The position numbers and the translations under genes are program-made. DNA of 64,000 nt from Vermamoeba vermiformis (lineage: Eukaryota): NCBI GenBank assembly GCA_045837725.1, contig JBEWZL010000069.1, positions 62,001-126,000 on the forward strand, given 5' to 3'. Every line of letters starts with the position of its first letter. Positions within the stretch are counted from its first letter, which is position 1. Below the pieces are notes generated by a model, which did no database searches, was not told the DNA's origin, and saw only the letters and a program-made list of their open reading frames with translations. Shown piece by piece: positions 30,913 through 43,093 of this stretch.

Positions 30913-32373
30913 ATGACTACCACAAATGTATTTTTTCGCGTGTACTGCGAGACTAGCTACGGTCAAACAGTCCACGTCGTCGGAAATACGGCAGCTCTAG
31001 GAAACTGGATGCCGACTGACAACAACAAATTGCAATGGTCTGAAATGAATTGGTGGGAGACAAGTCCTATAGGAATAGTGCTGCCTAAACACGCTATTGA
31101 ATATAAATTCGTTATTAAAGACCAATCAGGCGGTCTTATCTGGGAATCCGGCGAAAATAGAATTATCAATAATAATTTTAGCAATGAAAGAATTATCGAA
31201 GTATTTAATCGTGAAAAAGAAACGTATAATTACCCAGATTCATTGGCCTTGAAGGTAAAAAATATTCTTTTTAAATTAATGAATAAACAATTGAAGACCT
31301 TTGGTTCTTAGGTAATGAGCTTTAATGTTCGCTTTGACAACCCAAGAGACGGAAAACATGTTTGGGACAATCGAAAAGACATCGTAAGCATTATACTAAG
31401 GTATTCTAATATTTTTAATTTCAAATTTCAGGTTTCAAAAATTGTTTCTGGATGCGATATTTTTGGTCTTCAAGAGCCTTTGCACCATCAAGTAACAGTA
31501 AGAACTCAACAATATACTAATATCAATGACTCCCTACGTCTTTAGTACGTCAAAGAACGACTTGGCACGGCTTTTGATTATGTTTCTTGGGCCGCAATGA
31601 CGGCCTGCAAAGCGGTGAAGCGTCGCCGATATTTTATCGAGCAGATCTGTTCAGCGTAAGTTATTGCCGCTTATGCTTGATTATATTTAGTGTTAGTTTC
31701 ATATAGCAAGAAATTTGTGGCGTAATTTGGTTGTCGGACTCGCCGAACGCTCCGGGATCTCGCGGATGGGGCGCTCGACTGCCTAGAATTTGCTCTTGGG
31801 TGAAACTAAGATCAAAAACTAAGTAAGTACTTATTCAATATTGATATAGTAATATTTACTATCGTATAGCAACGCCCCGCCTTTTTTTGTTTTCAACACA
31901 CATCTGGATCACGAGTCATTCGAGGCACGCAAAAAAGGCTTGCATTTGATATTAACGAAGATGAGAGCTATAGCTAACGGTCTCCCCTGTGTATTAATGG
32001 GAGATTTCAATTCTACACCCAGCGAAGGTCTCATTGACGAAGTGACGAGCGAGAGATCTGGCCAGAAATGGGGTACGTCCTAACAATCAATATTATAGGC
32101 TCAAATATATATAAATCATTTTAATTTTAATAATTATTACTAAATATAGGAATATTATTGTCCAATGCTGGATCAGGCAGTACTCACCCGACATTCGTTG
32201 ATTTTTGTAATATCAAAGACGCGACGTTCACCATGCTGATCGACTACATTTTGGTAACTAAAGGAATCGTAGTGCAGGACTATACTGTGCTTGAGAACGG
32301 CATTCCTGGCACTCCTGCGAGCGATCATTGTCCTGTTGTAGCGAACATTTTGATTGAAAACAAGTCATCGTAG
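30913..32373 (+). CDS. CBM20 starch-binding domain fused to endonuclease/exonuclease/phosphatase (EEP) domain; one apparent frameshift
   Basis: CBM20: GQTVHVVGNTAALGNW..IEYKFVI..WESGENR. EEP: MSFNVR, GLQE, FNTHLD, LMGDFN, IDYI, SDHCPV. Frame break near 31585. Confidence 0.85.
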
Positions 32374-32877
32374 ATCCGCAGTCATTAATACGCTGATTAA
32401 ACATAAATTTGATGTCCAATTGCATCCGCGATTAAGTATAATGTAGTTACTATAATAATCTGCCAATAGAATATACTTTGGACTCAAAAAACCTCTCTTT
32501 TTTTGGTGCATCCGGCTGGATCTTACTACAACACAGATTGGTGAAGAGATCTTCTGATAATTCGGTAAGTACAACAATATAAGTTAGATTCCATTCGAAT
32601 GGTTATTGTAGAGCAAGATCAAGATAATGCCGGAGTTTTTTGAAAGGGATCGTAAGGGCAAATTGGCGTAACATCTATTTTTCAGCATGATTCATTCAAA
32701 ATGTGATACCAGCGCTCGTAAGAAATAATTTTGCTGAAAAACACTCTAATTCGCCTTAAAGCCGTTATTCCGCAAATAAATCTCCGTTTGGCCGTGTGTA
32801 CTTTTGGCATTTAAATACATAGATCGCGAGAAGTATACTCAATTCAAATCAAACATATTAACTCGAAACAATACACA

Positions 32878-35776
32878 ATGGCTGAAGTGTGTAAGGAAAA
32901 TAGCGTGTATATTTATTGTAGGAAGGTCACCAAATAATGACGACTTGTAACGTCACTAAATATTGACAATCACGTGACAAGTGTCACCTATTTTCATTAC
33001 ATTTCCCTCTCCCCAGAGTAAACCAAGGCTTAAACATAGCTCCACCAGGATCGAAGGGCTGCAGTGGTAAGTAATTTCTATCGTAATTCAACTTCACATG
33101 AAATTTCCATATCTCCGTCTCTCGTTCGTCTCTTGCTCCTCTACAATTAATAGGATTGTTTCCATCATCTATTTCTCTCTCCGCTCTTCGCTTCAAAGCG
33201 TTGGGCCAATTTTTGCTCGGATCTGATCTCTCCGCGCTCTTTTGAATTTTATTTAAAAAGGCACCGCTCCCGAAGGCCCGGGCCTGTTTCACCTGTGTTG
33301 GGGCTGTCTCTGACTTCAAGTCCTGCTGCTCGGTCGCACTACTAATCTCTCGATGACGTGTAATCTCAGATTCGGTCCACAAAATCTCCGTCACATCTGC
33401 TGACGTGTCAATACTATCGACTAAAGGCTCTCTAATAAACATATCTTCACTGATAATATTATTCTCTTCACTTCTCTCTTCTTCGCCGTTCATTTTCTCC
33501 GCGTTCTGTAGCGCCTCCGCAACTCGATCGGGTATAACTTCTTCTAACGTACTTGACTCGCGTTCTCTCTTCTCTAAAGGGGCTTCTACCTTACTAAACT
33601 CTTTTTCTAAAGCACTTGCAACGATAAGCATGAACTTCTCCGACGATAAAAAAGTGATGACGTCACTCGCGCGATCCAATCGCTCCAGAATCTTCTCGAA
33701 TCTCCTTCTCAACTTGCCTAGCTTCTTCTCCTCTTCGCATAGGCGGGAAACCTTCCTCTCTGTCTTCTCTAACTTCTTAACGAATTTTCCAAGATCCCAA
33801 AGTTCGCATCCACTCAGGATCTCCTTTCTATACTTCGTAATTCTCTTCTTATAATTTTCCTTTCTCGCATTAATGCTCTTCTGAATTATGGCAAGCTTCT
33901 CCTTAATTTTCTTTGCTTCCAACTTCAGATTCGACACTCGCAAACTCTTCGGCAAACTTCCCTGAGCCCAGCCAGAGAATACCTCTATCTCCTTCTTCAA
34001 TTCTCGTCGTGCCGCTCGCACTTCCTCTAGCGACGGCAAAACCAACTTCTCCATCCGCGTTCCAAACGCGCGATCCAATCAATCCAACTCGATCTCACCT
34101 CCCACCCAGTGAGAGGGCCTGCTTCGCTACCAAATGTAAGGAAAATAGCGTGTATATTTATTGTAGGAAGGTCACCAAATAATGACGACTTGTAACGTCA
34201 CTAAATATTGACAATCACGTGACAAGTGTCACCTATTTTCATTACAAGTGCAAAAACAACAGCAAAGAAAACTCAAGTACCGAAATCTGGGCAAAACAGG
34301 TTTGAAAGTGTCCGAGATCTGCTTAGGTAACCCCAGAAATCGAATAAAATCACTAAAACAATACTTAATATCTTATTAGGTGCCATGACTTTTGGTCCCA
34401 GTGCTTGGGGAATGCCGAACACTGATGAAGGTACGTGATCTCCTTTTTCAGTGAAGGAAAACTAATCGCTGAATTTTCAGAAACGAGTTTCAAGATTCTT
34501 GATCGCTTTGCTGAATATGGTGGTAACTTTATCGATACTGCTGATGCCTACGGACCATTCCACTCTGAAATTATTCGTAAGTTGAATTCGGATCACTTTA
34601 TTGCCCTCGAATTCATTTGAGCTGACGCTTAAATAGTTGGCAAGTGGCTGAAGACTAAGAATCGTGACGATTTCGTTATCGCAACCAAGTTCTACAGCCC
34701 TGTCGGAACCAATGCCAACGATTGGGGTGCATCCAGAAAACACATTCTGTCCGCCGTTGAAGGGTACGCTACATCTACAAAATATTATTTTTTAGAAAGC
34801 TGCAGATTTTAGAATCTGTCGTGAGATTTCCCTGAGTTGAAATTAATCTAATTTGTTTTTTTCTTATGCAGATCTTTGAAGCGATTGCAAACAGATTACA
34901 TCGATGTTTACCAAATCCATGGCTTTGACGATAGAACGCCAATTGAAGAGACCTTAACCACCTTGAACGACCTTGTACGCGTCGGAAAAGTGCGTTACAT
35001 CGGTGCCAGCAATTTCAACGGTTGGCAATTGCAAAAAGCGGTGCTAATTAGCAAACAACTCGGCTTGGAAGGTAAATGTCACAATTTTCCAGGCTTGTCA
35101 AAGGTATTTGTTTCTAATAACTCCGTAGCGTTCGTTAGCTTGCAACAACAATACTCGTTGCTCGAGCGAAACTCCGAGAATGAAGCCTTTGAAGTCTGCA
35201 AGAACGAAGGACTTGGTATCTTACCTTGGTCTCCTTTGAAAGGTAAATAGTCGATAAATATCTGATGAGAAATGATTAAGTTGAAAGAGGCTTTTGATGA
35301 CATTTTGACACTTTGACAGGAGGACTTTTGAGTGGCAAATACTCTCGCCAGAAAGGAGCATCGTCCGATCCTAATTCAAGAGTTGCGTGGGCCGAGAAGA
35401 TTGGCTGGAAGCAAACAGCATACTCAAGCGTGAACAATGAATTTACTTGGAATGTCATTGACAAGGTACCCTCGAACATGACCAACTTTGACCTCATTTT
35501 TCTCGTACTAATTGATATTTGCAGATCGAAGAAGTTGCAAAGGAAGTCAACAAGAGCGTGGCACAAGTGTCACTTCGCTGGTTGCTGCACAAACCAGCCG
35601 TGTCATCAGTGATCATTGGTGCCAAGACCGTGCAACAACTTGAAGAGAACATTGAAGCTGGTTTATTCACTTTGACTGACGCGCAAGTCACTGCTTTGGA
35701 TGAAGTCTCTACTCGTCCCTTGGAGTATCCTTACGATATGAAGGAGGTCGTCAAGAAGTTTCTTAGCAACAACTAA
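32878..35776 (+). CDS. Aldo-keto reductase, interrupted after codon 4 by an LTR element
   Basis: Removing the insert restores [35 protein letters not shown]. Also [46 protein letters not shown]. Confidence 0.92.
32890..34246 (-). mobile_element. Small non-autonomous LTR retrotransposon (1357 bp)
   Basis: Identical 112-bp TG...CA LTRs (32890-33001, 34135-34246); 4-bp TSD AGTG (32886-32889, 34247-34250); minus-strand PBS TGGTAGCGAAGC (34121-34132); PPT GGGGAGAGGGAAA (33002-33014). Confidence 0.95.
32984..34054 (-). CDS. Intronless coiled-coil-rich ORF (356 aa) of the LTR element
   Basis: E/K/R-rich N-terminal half; fills the internal region and stops inside the 3' LTR; no RT, RNase H, integrase or CCHC motif seen. 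Confidence 0.7.
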   Translation of the reverse strand: MEKLVLPSLEEVRAARRELKKEIEVFSGWAQGSLPKSLRVSNLKLEAKKIKEKLAIIQKSINARKENYKKRITKYRKEILSGCELWDLGKFVKKLEKTERKVSRLCEEEKKLGKLRRRFEKILERLDRASDVITFLSSEKFMLIVASALEKEFSKVEAPLEKRERESSTLEEVIPDRVAEALQNAEKMNGEEERSEENNIISEDMFIREPLVDSIDTSADVTEILWTESEITRHREISSATEQQDLKSETAPTQVKQARAFGSGAFLNKIQKSAERSDPSKNWPNALKRRAEREIDDGNNPINCRGARDERETEIWKFHVKLNYDRNYLPLQPFDPGGAMFKPWFTLGRGKCNENR

Positions 35777-35855
35777 TTGATTATTTTCCTTTTTCTCCGT
35801 TTTCAAAAAAAAAGTCGTTGACATAAATAGAGCTTACATTAAAAAGCTGTCACTT

Positions 35856-37509
35856 TTAGAGAACGAGTAATACAACTACAATCATTGCCGACATGTAGTA
35901 CATGAGTGCGCTAGAACCACTTCTTAATTGCGAAGGGGTTGACTTGGCTTGAGGACTTTCAGAACCAGAAGGAACTTCGCGGTTGCTGTCATTCGGAGAA
36001 TTTTGATCGCTCGGAGAATTTCCGTTGGGCGAGGGCTGTTCATGAACGCCAAACAGCTCCCAGAACTTCTGTGAAGCACGAGGAAAAATCGTTTCCGGGC
36101 GTAATCTGTGATCACCGTCAAAGGCCAGCACGTCAAAATAGGAGTATATCGTGACATTGTTAGTCTCGTTCATGATAAAGTCGTGCGTGCGCTCAATGTA
36201 GTAATCGTTGTCGAAGCCTCCGCGGACATTAGCCCACACTCCGCATTCGTTCAAAATCAACGGCTTGCTGTGATTTCGTGCAAAATTTGCCCAGAATTCG
36301 AGACCCAAATATCCGCTGTGGACGGTGTTCCAGGCCTTTTGACGGAGCGATTGCAAGGTAGTGCTATTTGCGAGCAAAGTCCAAACAGTCGTCAGTGCCG
36401 GGCTCGACATTTGTGTTATTGACTGAGGCCCTCCATATTGACACATTATGCTCCACGCTGTCGTCAATGACAGAAAATCGCGTTGGTGACCAAGATCCAA
36501 ACGGTTGTGTACCTTCCCAATTGTATGTTCCATATCAATATCGTAGCTGTCAACGCCAACGTAATCGACGTATTCACCACCTGGCCAACAATCCGGAGCA
36601 TTAACAGCGTTATAACCGCCGTTAGGATTCCAAATCGTCTTGAAATTGTTGCCTAAAGTAGTTGGTGTCAAAAAAATATTTTGACATGTCAAGTTTTGAG
36701 CGTTGGATCTGACTTACCAGGCACAGAACGCATGGTAGTAACGATTTGGGCATAATAAGGTGCCCAGTAGTTGCACCCTGGGAGTGCAGTCCATTTGTAC
36801 CAATCACCGTTGAATTCCCAGCCGATGCGCAAGAGTGCAGTGGACAAATTGAACTTGACCAAATTTTCACCGAGGGTCTGAAAGTACTGATTGTATGTGC
36901 CTTGAGCTCCGGTAGCGATAGGTACTAACATATAATAATACGAATTAGTGTTTGAAGATTTATCGGTTTAAAAATCTGAAGCGGTCCCCTAGTAATAAAA
37001 GTTGACATCTTGACACGTGTCAAGTCAGTTGAACGACAAAATGCGAATCAAATCTTCTCGATGCGAAAATTAATTGCGTATAATGAACTTTAACGAGAAA
37101 GTAAATCGGATTCAAAATTTGAGACTAGATCCGGGTTTTGCTTACCACCTTCCACCAACGAAGGGATCATTGGGATCGAAATAATCATATGACGTTCTTC
37201 GCCTTCAGGTGCGCTATTAGCCCAAGTACTCCAGGGGCCAAGCCACCAGCCCTGACCGGCAATGTTGTCCCATGTTTCAGCTGCTTCGAACTCCATCGCG
37301 TAAACAACGGGATTGTTTAGCCGAAGACTGTAGTTTTGAACGTTATTAGGGCCCCATGGCGCAACGCCAGCGTAGACTCCAAGTTGAGGTTTTGAAGACG
37401 CGATCTGCCGAAAAAATTATTAGATCGAGGCACGAAACGAAAAGAAAAGATCACTTACAGATAATATTGCTAGAATAGTAAAGAAAATAACGAGTCCTTT
37501 TGTGTTCAT
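35856..37509 (-). CDS. Glycoside hydrolase family 26 (beta-mannanase-like), secreted, probably GPI-anchored
   Basis: Signal peptide; LRIGWEFNGDWY (acid/base Glu), WPGGEYVDYVGVDSYD, KPLILNECG (nucleophile); S/P-rich stalk and hydrophobic C-terminus. Confidence 0.85.
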
Positions 37510-37765
37510 CTTCTCGTGTTGATTTCTACTGGCAATAATTTCTTTTTTCGGTTAGGCCAAGTTATTTATGGCACACGAGAACTCATCCCGGGTCCAGTAC
37601 GAAAAAGACACAATTGACAGTAGGGGACTCGCAATAAACAATTGGTGGAATCTAAATCCGCTTTCTTCGCCCGGAAATTTCGCTTAAGATTTTCTTGCCC
37701 CTCCCTGGGCCATTGCGCGGTGAGTCTAGTTAACTAAACTTCGATATTATAAACACTATCAAGTC

Positions 37766-38826
37766 ATGGCGGAAGAAAGATCAACTAACCCCTTTGAGCG
37801 ATTGCTTGGACCAAAATTAGGGCGAGCAGTTGAGAGATTTACTTTAGCTCCGGTGACTCGCTTGAAACTGCTTCTGCAAACGCAGGTAATTGTTAGAAAA
37901 TTAGTTAATATTATTTATCTTAGCTTTTAGGTGTATTGATACTATTCTAAACTAGATTTGTGAAAATTTACTCGAGTATCAAATTTTAAATTTTTATAAA
38001 CGCTGTATAATTATATTTTATCACCGAATTTAGATTAAACGATATTATTAAAGCATTAATATTATATTTTTAATTTCAGAATTACCACATCCGTAACGGA
38101 AAACTTTCCGCGCCCTTGAGTTTTCTTGGTTGGACCTCGTTGCTTATGCACTCGAACGGATTCACATCATTATATAGTGGTGCATTATTAATGTTATTGA
38201 AAGTTGAAGCTGCGCTGTGGCTTGGTGACTGGATCAATTCTAAACGAATCTCTGCAGCCAAAAAAACGGATGAAAATAAGTATCAAAATCGCTCACAAAG
38301 CGCCATCAGCAAATTCATTATGAACATACTACTTTTTGGACTATTTTATCCTTTGGACACGATTGTTACGCGGGTTATGGCATCGCATCCGGATTCATCG
38401 ACTATCAGCATTTTGTCGGACACGTTCTCGTCAAAAGATAGTATAATATCGTTATATAATGGCTTTGGTATTGGAATGATAAGCATATTGGCTAAAGGAG
38501 CGCTATCTCTGGTTTCAACCTCCATCTTCTCTTACATTTCTCGATACTTTGTAAACTATCCAGGACGTGTGAGATTAGGCACGTTAAAGTGGTTATTTGG
38601 CTCAGTACCTTTAATTGGCACATATTTCTTGGACACCATCATGCGAGAATTGATGTTGGCAGATCGACTGGATTTGTCAGGTTTAGACTACGCTAAAATA
38701 ACTATCGAGCAACATGGTATTAGTAGCTTATATGGAGGTTGTCTATTCTATCTGACGTTCAGCGCTGTTCAAACATTTACTTTGGGGTTTATCGACGTCG
38801 TTGCTAGATTCAAATTTCCTCGTTAG
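37766..38826 (+). CDS. Divergent mitochondrial carrier family protein (one intron)
   Basis: APVTRLKLLLQTQ, YPLDTIVTRV and YFLDTIMRELM, followed by SLYSG, SLYNG and SLYGG. Confidence 0.78.
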
Positions 38827-39030
38827 GCTCATCTGGAGTAATTAATGAAGCTCATGACTCTTACATGTGCATATGTATAAATAAAATTAATTATAATGCC
38901 TTCAGCCTCCTCAGTACAATTTTTGTAATTACATTAGTCTTTCCGAATGTAAATGCAACTTGAGATGTAATGCAAAAAATTAATGCAATAATCATTTGAT
39001 TATTTATTATTACAAAATCTAGATTCAATG

Positions 39031-42000
39031 CTATTTGTTAACAATTTCGTCCTGGATCTTCTTTTTTGCTTCCTTCGAGAGCTCTTTGTAACTTGGCGAC
39101 TGTTCAATAAGACGAATATTTGATTTAATGAATTGCGCGCACTTCTTTTGGAATCTATCGACTTTGAATTCAGCAGCAAAAGTGTACGAGTCCAATGCAT
39201 CTTCGAGCTCAATGTCAAAATTCGAGCAAATAAAATCATCCAAAAATGCTTTCAATGCCGTTAACATGTACTTATGCGCCTATAAATATAGTATTAGTAT
39301 TTCAATTTTTCCGAGAATTTATATTTCATACCAATAAAATCATTTCCAAGCACGACATTGGAGACAAATTTGCAGCGTCTGAAATCTGATCGGTGTAGAT
39401 GAACTCGAGCTGAGCATGAAATTTCGTTAGAAATTACTATAAAAGGAAAGTATGGCTCAGATAACAGCAGTACGTACCACCAATAAGAAAACTTCAACAG
39501 AAATATCATCAGTGATGGGCAAGACGTATTGTTTAGCTTCGACCATTTCACTGCCAAACATGGCTGCAAAATATTGACTGCGCGCTGACAAAATGACTTT
39601 GTGCGCATAGATCTGTTTGCCGTGGATCTCGAACACAAGATCGTGGAACTCCGAGTTATTCACGTACGGCAAGAGGGCTATCAGAAGGTCAATTTTACGA
39701 GCTCGAAATTAAACGCTCAAAAACCTTACATTTGCCAAAGTGAGCAGGCATAGCTATTTTAGGCAAAGTAATTTTCTCAGCTTTGCAATACTTTGCCAAA
39801 ATTTCAAAATCTTGCGTGGCCTCATACTTCTTCGCGAGTGCAGCTAATTGATCTAACACTTGCTAAAAAAGGAAATTGCGTTAGAAGTGACAACCTATCG
39901 TGCATAGCGATATAGATTATTACCTTATTTGGGAACCAATCAATGGCACCGTAGTACAGGTAATGCACGAAGGCACGCAGAGCATATGCATCCAATGGAA
40001 CAACAGGTTGAGTGACAGTAACTTCAATAGGACCCTTTTGACCATCACTCGTGTTCGTGTTGTTTCCAATTGCCACAGGCTTGTTGAACTCTTCGTTTGA
40101 CACGCCAAGGATTTGCGGGAAGAAACTGCACGCGGAAAGCAACAAAATACGATGTGCTTTGATTCTCTGTCCCTATGAACCGAACGAAATCAATATACCA
40201 TATCGCCTCTTCAAAGGTCATATGACTTGCAATAATATTTTTATCTCGACTTACCCCAATGTTAATGACAATGTCGTGGTGATCGCCTGAGTGAATCAGA
40301 CTTCTAAAGCCGGAAATCAACGTGTCAAATGACTCGTTCTTTTTCAAGAACTCGATGACCGGAACATTCTCAGCTAAGCACGCGTAGTCAATGGCGCGAA
40401 GTCCGTTCGCTCCCACGAAGTTGATATTAACTTGACCACTGTTCAGAGTGCTCTGGATCTCGGATACGGTACCTCTAAAGGCTTTTTGTAGGATTACTTG
40501 ATGACCGCCGATGTCTGAGTACTTGGATCTAGCTCGCAAAATATCTCGAATTCTCATACTGTGCGCCGCTAACCACGTTCGTTGACCTTCAATAGAGGAT
40601 AAATCGAGCTAAATAATAAATTTTTTATTATTAAACGAGTGGTAATAAAGAGGTTAATAGAAACATACCTCGGCACCGTTATCAAACAGGAATGTTAGCG
40701 CCAAATTCTGACCACACAATGCAGCGTAGTAAACAGGCACTGTATATTAATAAACATTAATATGATATTAATTACGTCCCATGTGCTCAAAACTTCTTAC
40801 GATTGCCGTGTTCGTCTTTCTTGTTCACATTAACTTTTTCTTTAAAGACGTAATTACGCAGGTATTCCATGCTGCCAGTCTTTGCCGCATAATAAATATC
40901 CATATAATCCGCTATAAAGAATGTTAGTTATATTTTCTAGCAGTTAATGACCGGGCAAAAGTATCAAATTGCGAGTGACGTACCCGAAGACCTTAAGACA
41001 CCTCGGCCGCTTGAAGTTCGTAACATGAGTCTGTCAGACACGTGTGCGTCGTCCTTGGGAATGTCATTGATATTTGCAGGTGTGACATTCGTCTCTTTGT
41101 AGCCCCAAAATGACTCCGTAAGACCGAGTCCACCTTCGATTTGTTGAGATTCGATGAGTCTTCGCAATGACTTCCAAGCTTTCTTAGGTGTATCAGGAGT
41201 ATTAGCTCGATGCCATAAAGTGAAATATTTATCATGGACTTGTTCGGCAATGACACAACGAGTGTTTTGTTCTCCTTGAACTAACCAGTAAATTGCACGG
41301 ATATGAGGCAGTTCCGGTGCTGTAAGTACGACGTATTGGTCTATAATAAGACATTAATTAGTTCACTAAGATCGCTTAGTCTTGACAGAAATAAATATGG
41401 AGTAAATGACAGACAGCGGATCTAGGAAATTTGATGGAAGAAAGTTGGCTACGTACTGAACTTTTTTTGATTAATCATCTGTAATTTGGCCGTATTATAT
41501 GATGCGTGAGTGTCCATATACGGCTGAAGAGCCTCCACTTCCAACTCTTCATCAACAACTACCAACTCCTCAACGGGATCCAATTTGAATTCTAAATCGA
41601 ATTAGTACGGTTCATATAGATAGTTTAAATAATATTACCAGATTCGAGAATAAAGTTTAACGTAGCATCGAATTTTGTCTCCTTATGGAACCCATAAAAG
41701 GCGGTTGTAGTTTGGTTTGAGTTGGGCTGGTTAGATACAGAATAAGTTGCTTTATGAGTCTTCTTTCGAATGCTCGTAAATTCTAATGGAATTGTTGCCG
41801 TGCCAGCCGCTACATGAATAAGATAAGATTGCTTGTCGCCGAGTTGGATCAAAGATCTTTAATCAAACCTACCTTCATGTGGCATATTATAATGGCGCTT
41901 TATAAAAAACTCTATTATCAAATAGCCTCCAACAAAGTCCCTAGATAAGCTAAAAACGCGGTTAGAAACAATTTGCAATTCAAATGAGAAATTTAATTTT

Positions 42001-42349
42001 ATTTTAATTACCGCCAAATATTGCAGTATAAATAGAATGTAATATTAATAATTTAATTGAGTATTTAAAATTGCTACTTCTTACCCCAACGTTGCGGAAG
42101 ACCAAGTTTCCGTTGGCAGCTGGCTTGTAAAATCTATTTTTTCGCCAGTCCCACTTACTACATATAACTTCTTTTTCATTGCTACGATTTCGAAATCGGA
42201 TCCGGCGTTGTGGGCAACTGGAAAATCCAGATTAGAATTCCTAACTCGATCGCAAATTTAATCTTACGATCAATGGTGACTGTAAAATCATTCGCTTGCT
42301 TTATCCGTCCCTGTATAGTGTCTTCTTTTGAAGAGTGCCCGTTGCCCAT
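39031..42349 (-). CDS. Ankyrin-repeat and BTB/POZ protein (ABTB1-like), putative N-myristoylation
   Basis: MGNGHS start; ankyrin segments YYAAKTG, VPVYYAALCGQ, LRAIDYACL; BTB DLVFEIHGKQIYAHKVILSARSQYFAAMF. Internal exon structure only partly resolved. Confidence 0.78.
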
Positions 42350-43093
42350 GTTACTTCGTTCCATCGCAATCAAGTTTTGGTAAAGGGATAAAAAATAAAC
42401 GCAAAATTCCTCACTGACTGTTGATCATGAAACATAAAATAAATAACAGCTTCTTGGTAAAAATAAATAGCATGTTTTGTTTTTAATTGGTAGTGCTTTA
42501 TTACTTTTATCGTCGAGTACTTACCGGATGTGGCGACCAAGAAAAATTGTACCTTCGCTCTTCGAAGAACGTCAGCACTACGGTATAGCTATGAGCACTC
42601 TTATTCAATATCCGCAGTTATCGATAAATTGATAAATATCGGCAATTGTGTTAGTGGTTAATCAAAAACTGAGCTTTCCGCATCGCCATGTTCATAAGGG
42701 GATCGTCGGGCCTAGTGCATCAAACCATTGAATACATCTGCGCTATTGAAGTGGCAATGAGACCTATTACGTCGTTTGGCTGTGATCTCGCAAATAATCT
42801 CGCGTGTGAACTGCAAATCTTGCGCTGATCTGCAACGGTGAGCATCGACAAAATCGAAATTCCACTAACATCGAAACATCTTCAAAGGCAATCCAATCTA
42901 CCTACTTTCCTCTCCTAGGCTAGAGCTGCATTTCGTCGTCCACTGTATCGTCATCAACATCCAACATTGAATTGTTCGTAAATTTATTTATCCTTAGTCC
43001 TCTCGGGATCTACTATCTACTTCTATATATTCTCCACGCTAAAGAGATAAGGGGTTATATAAATTTAGGTTAAATTTTAAACAGAAAAACAAA

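Noticed and set aside
33405-33854. 149-aa Ser/Leu/Phe-rich plus-strand ORF
   Set aside because: Antisense shadow of the E/K-rich LTR-element ORF.
42420-43090. Long ORF-free stretch, possible ncRNA
   Set aside because: No recognisable RNA family; could be the 3' UTR of the SR gene plus a promoter.
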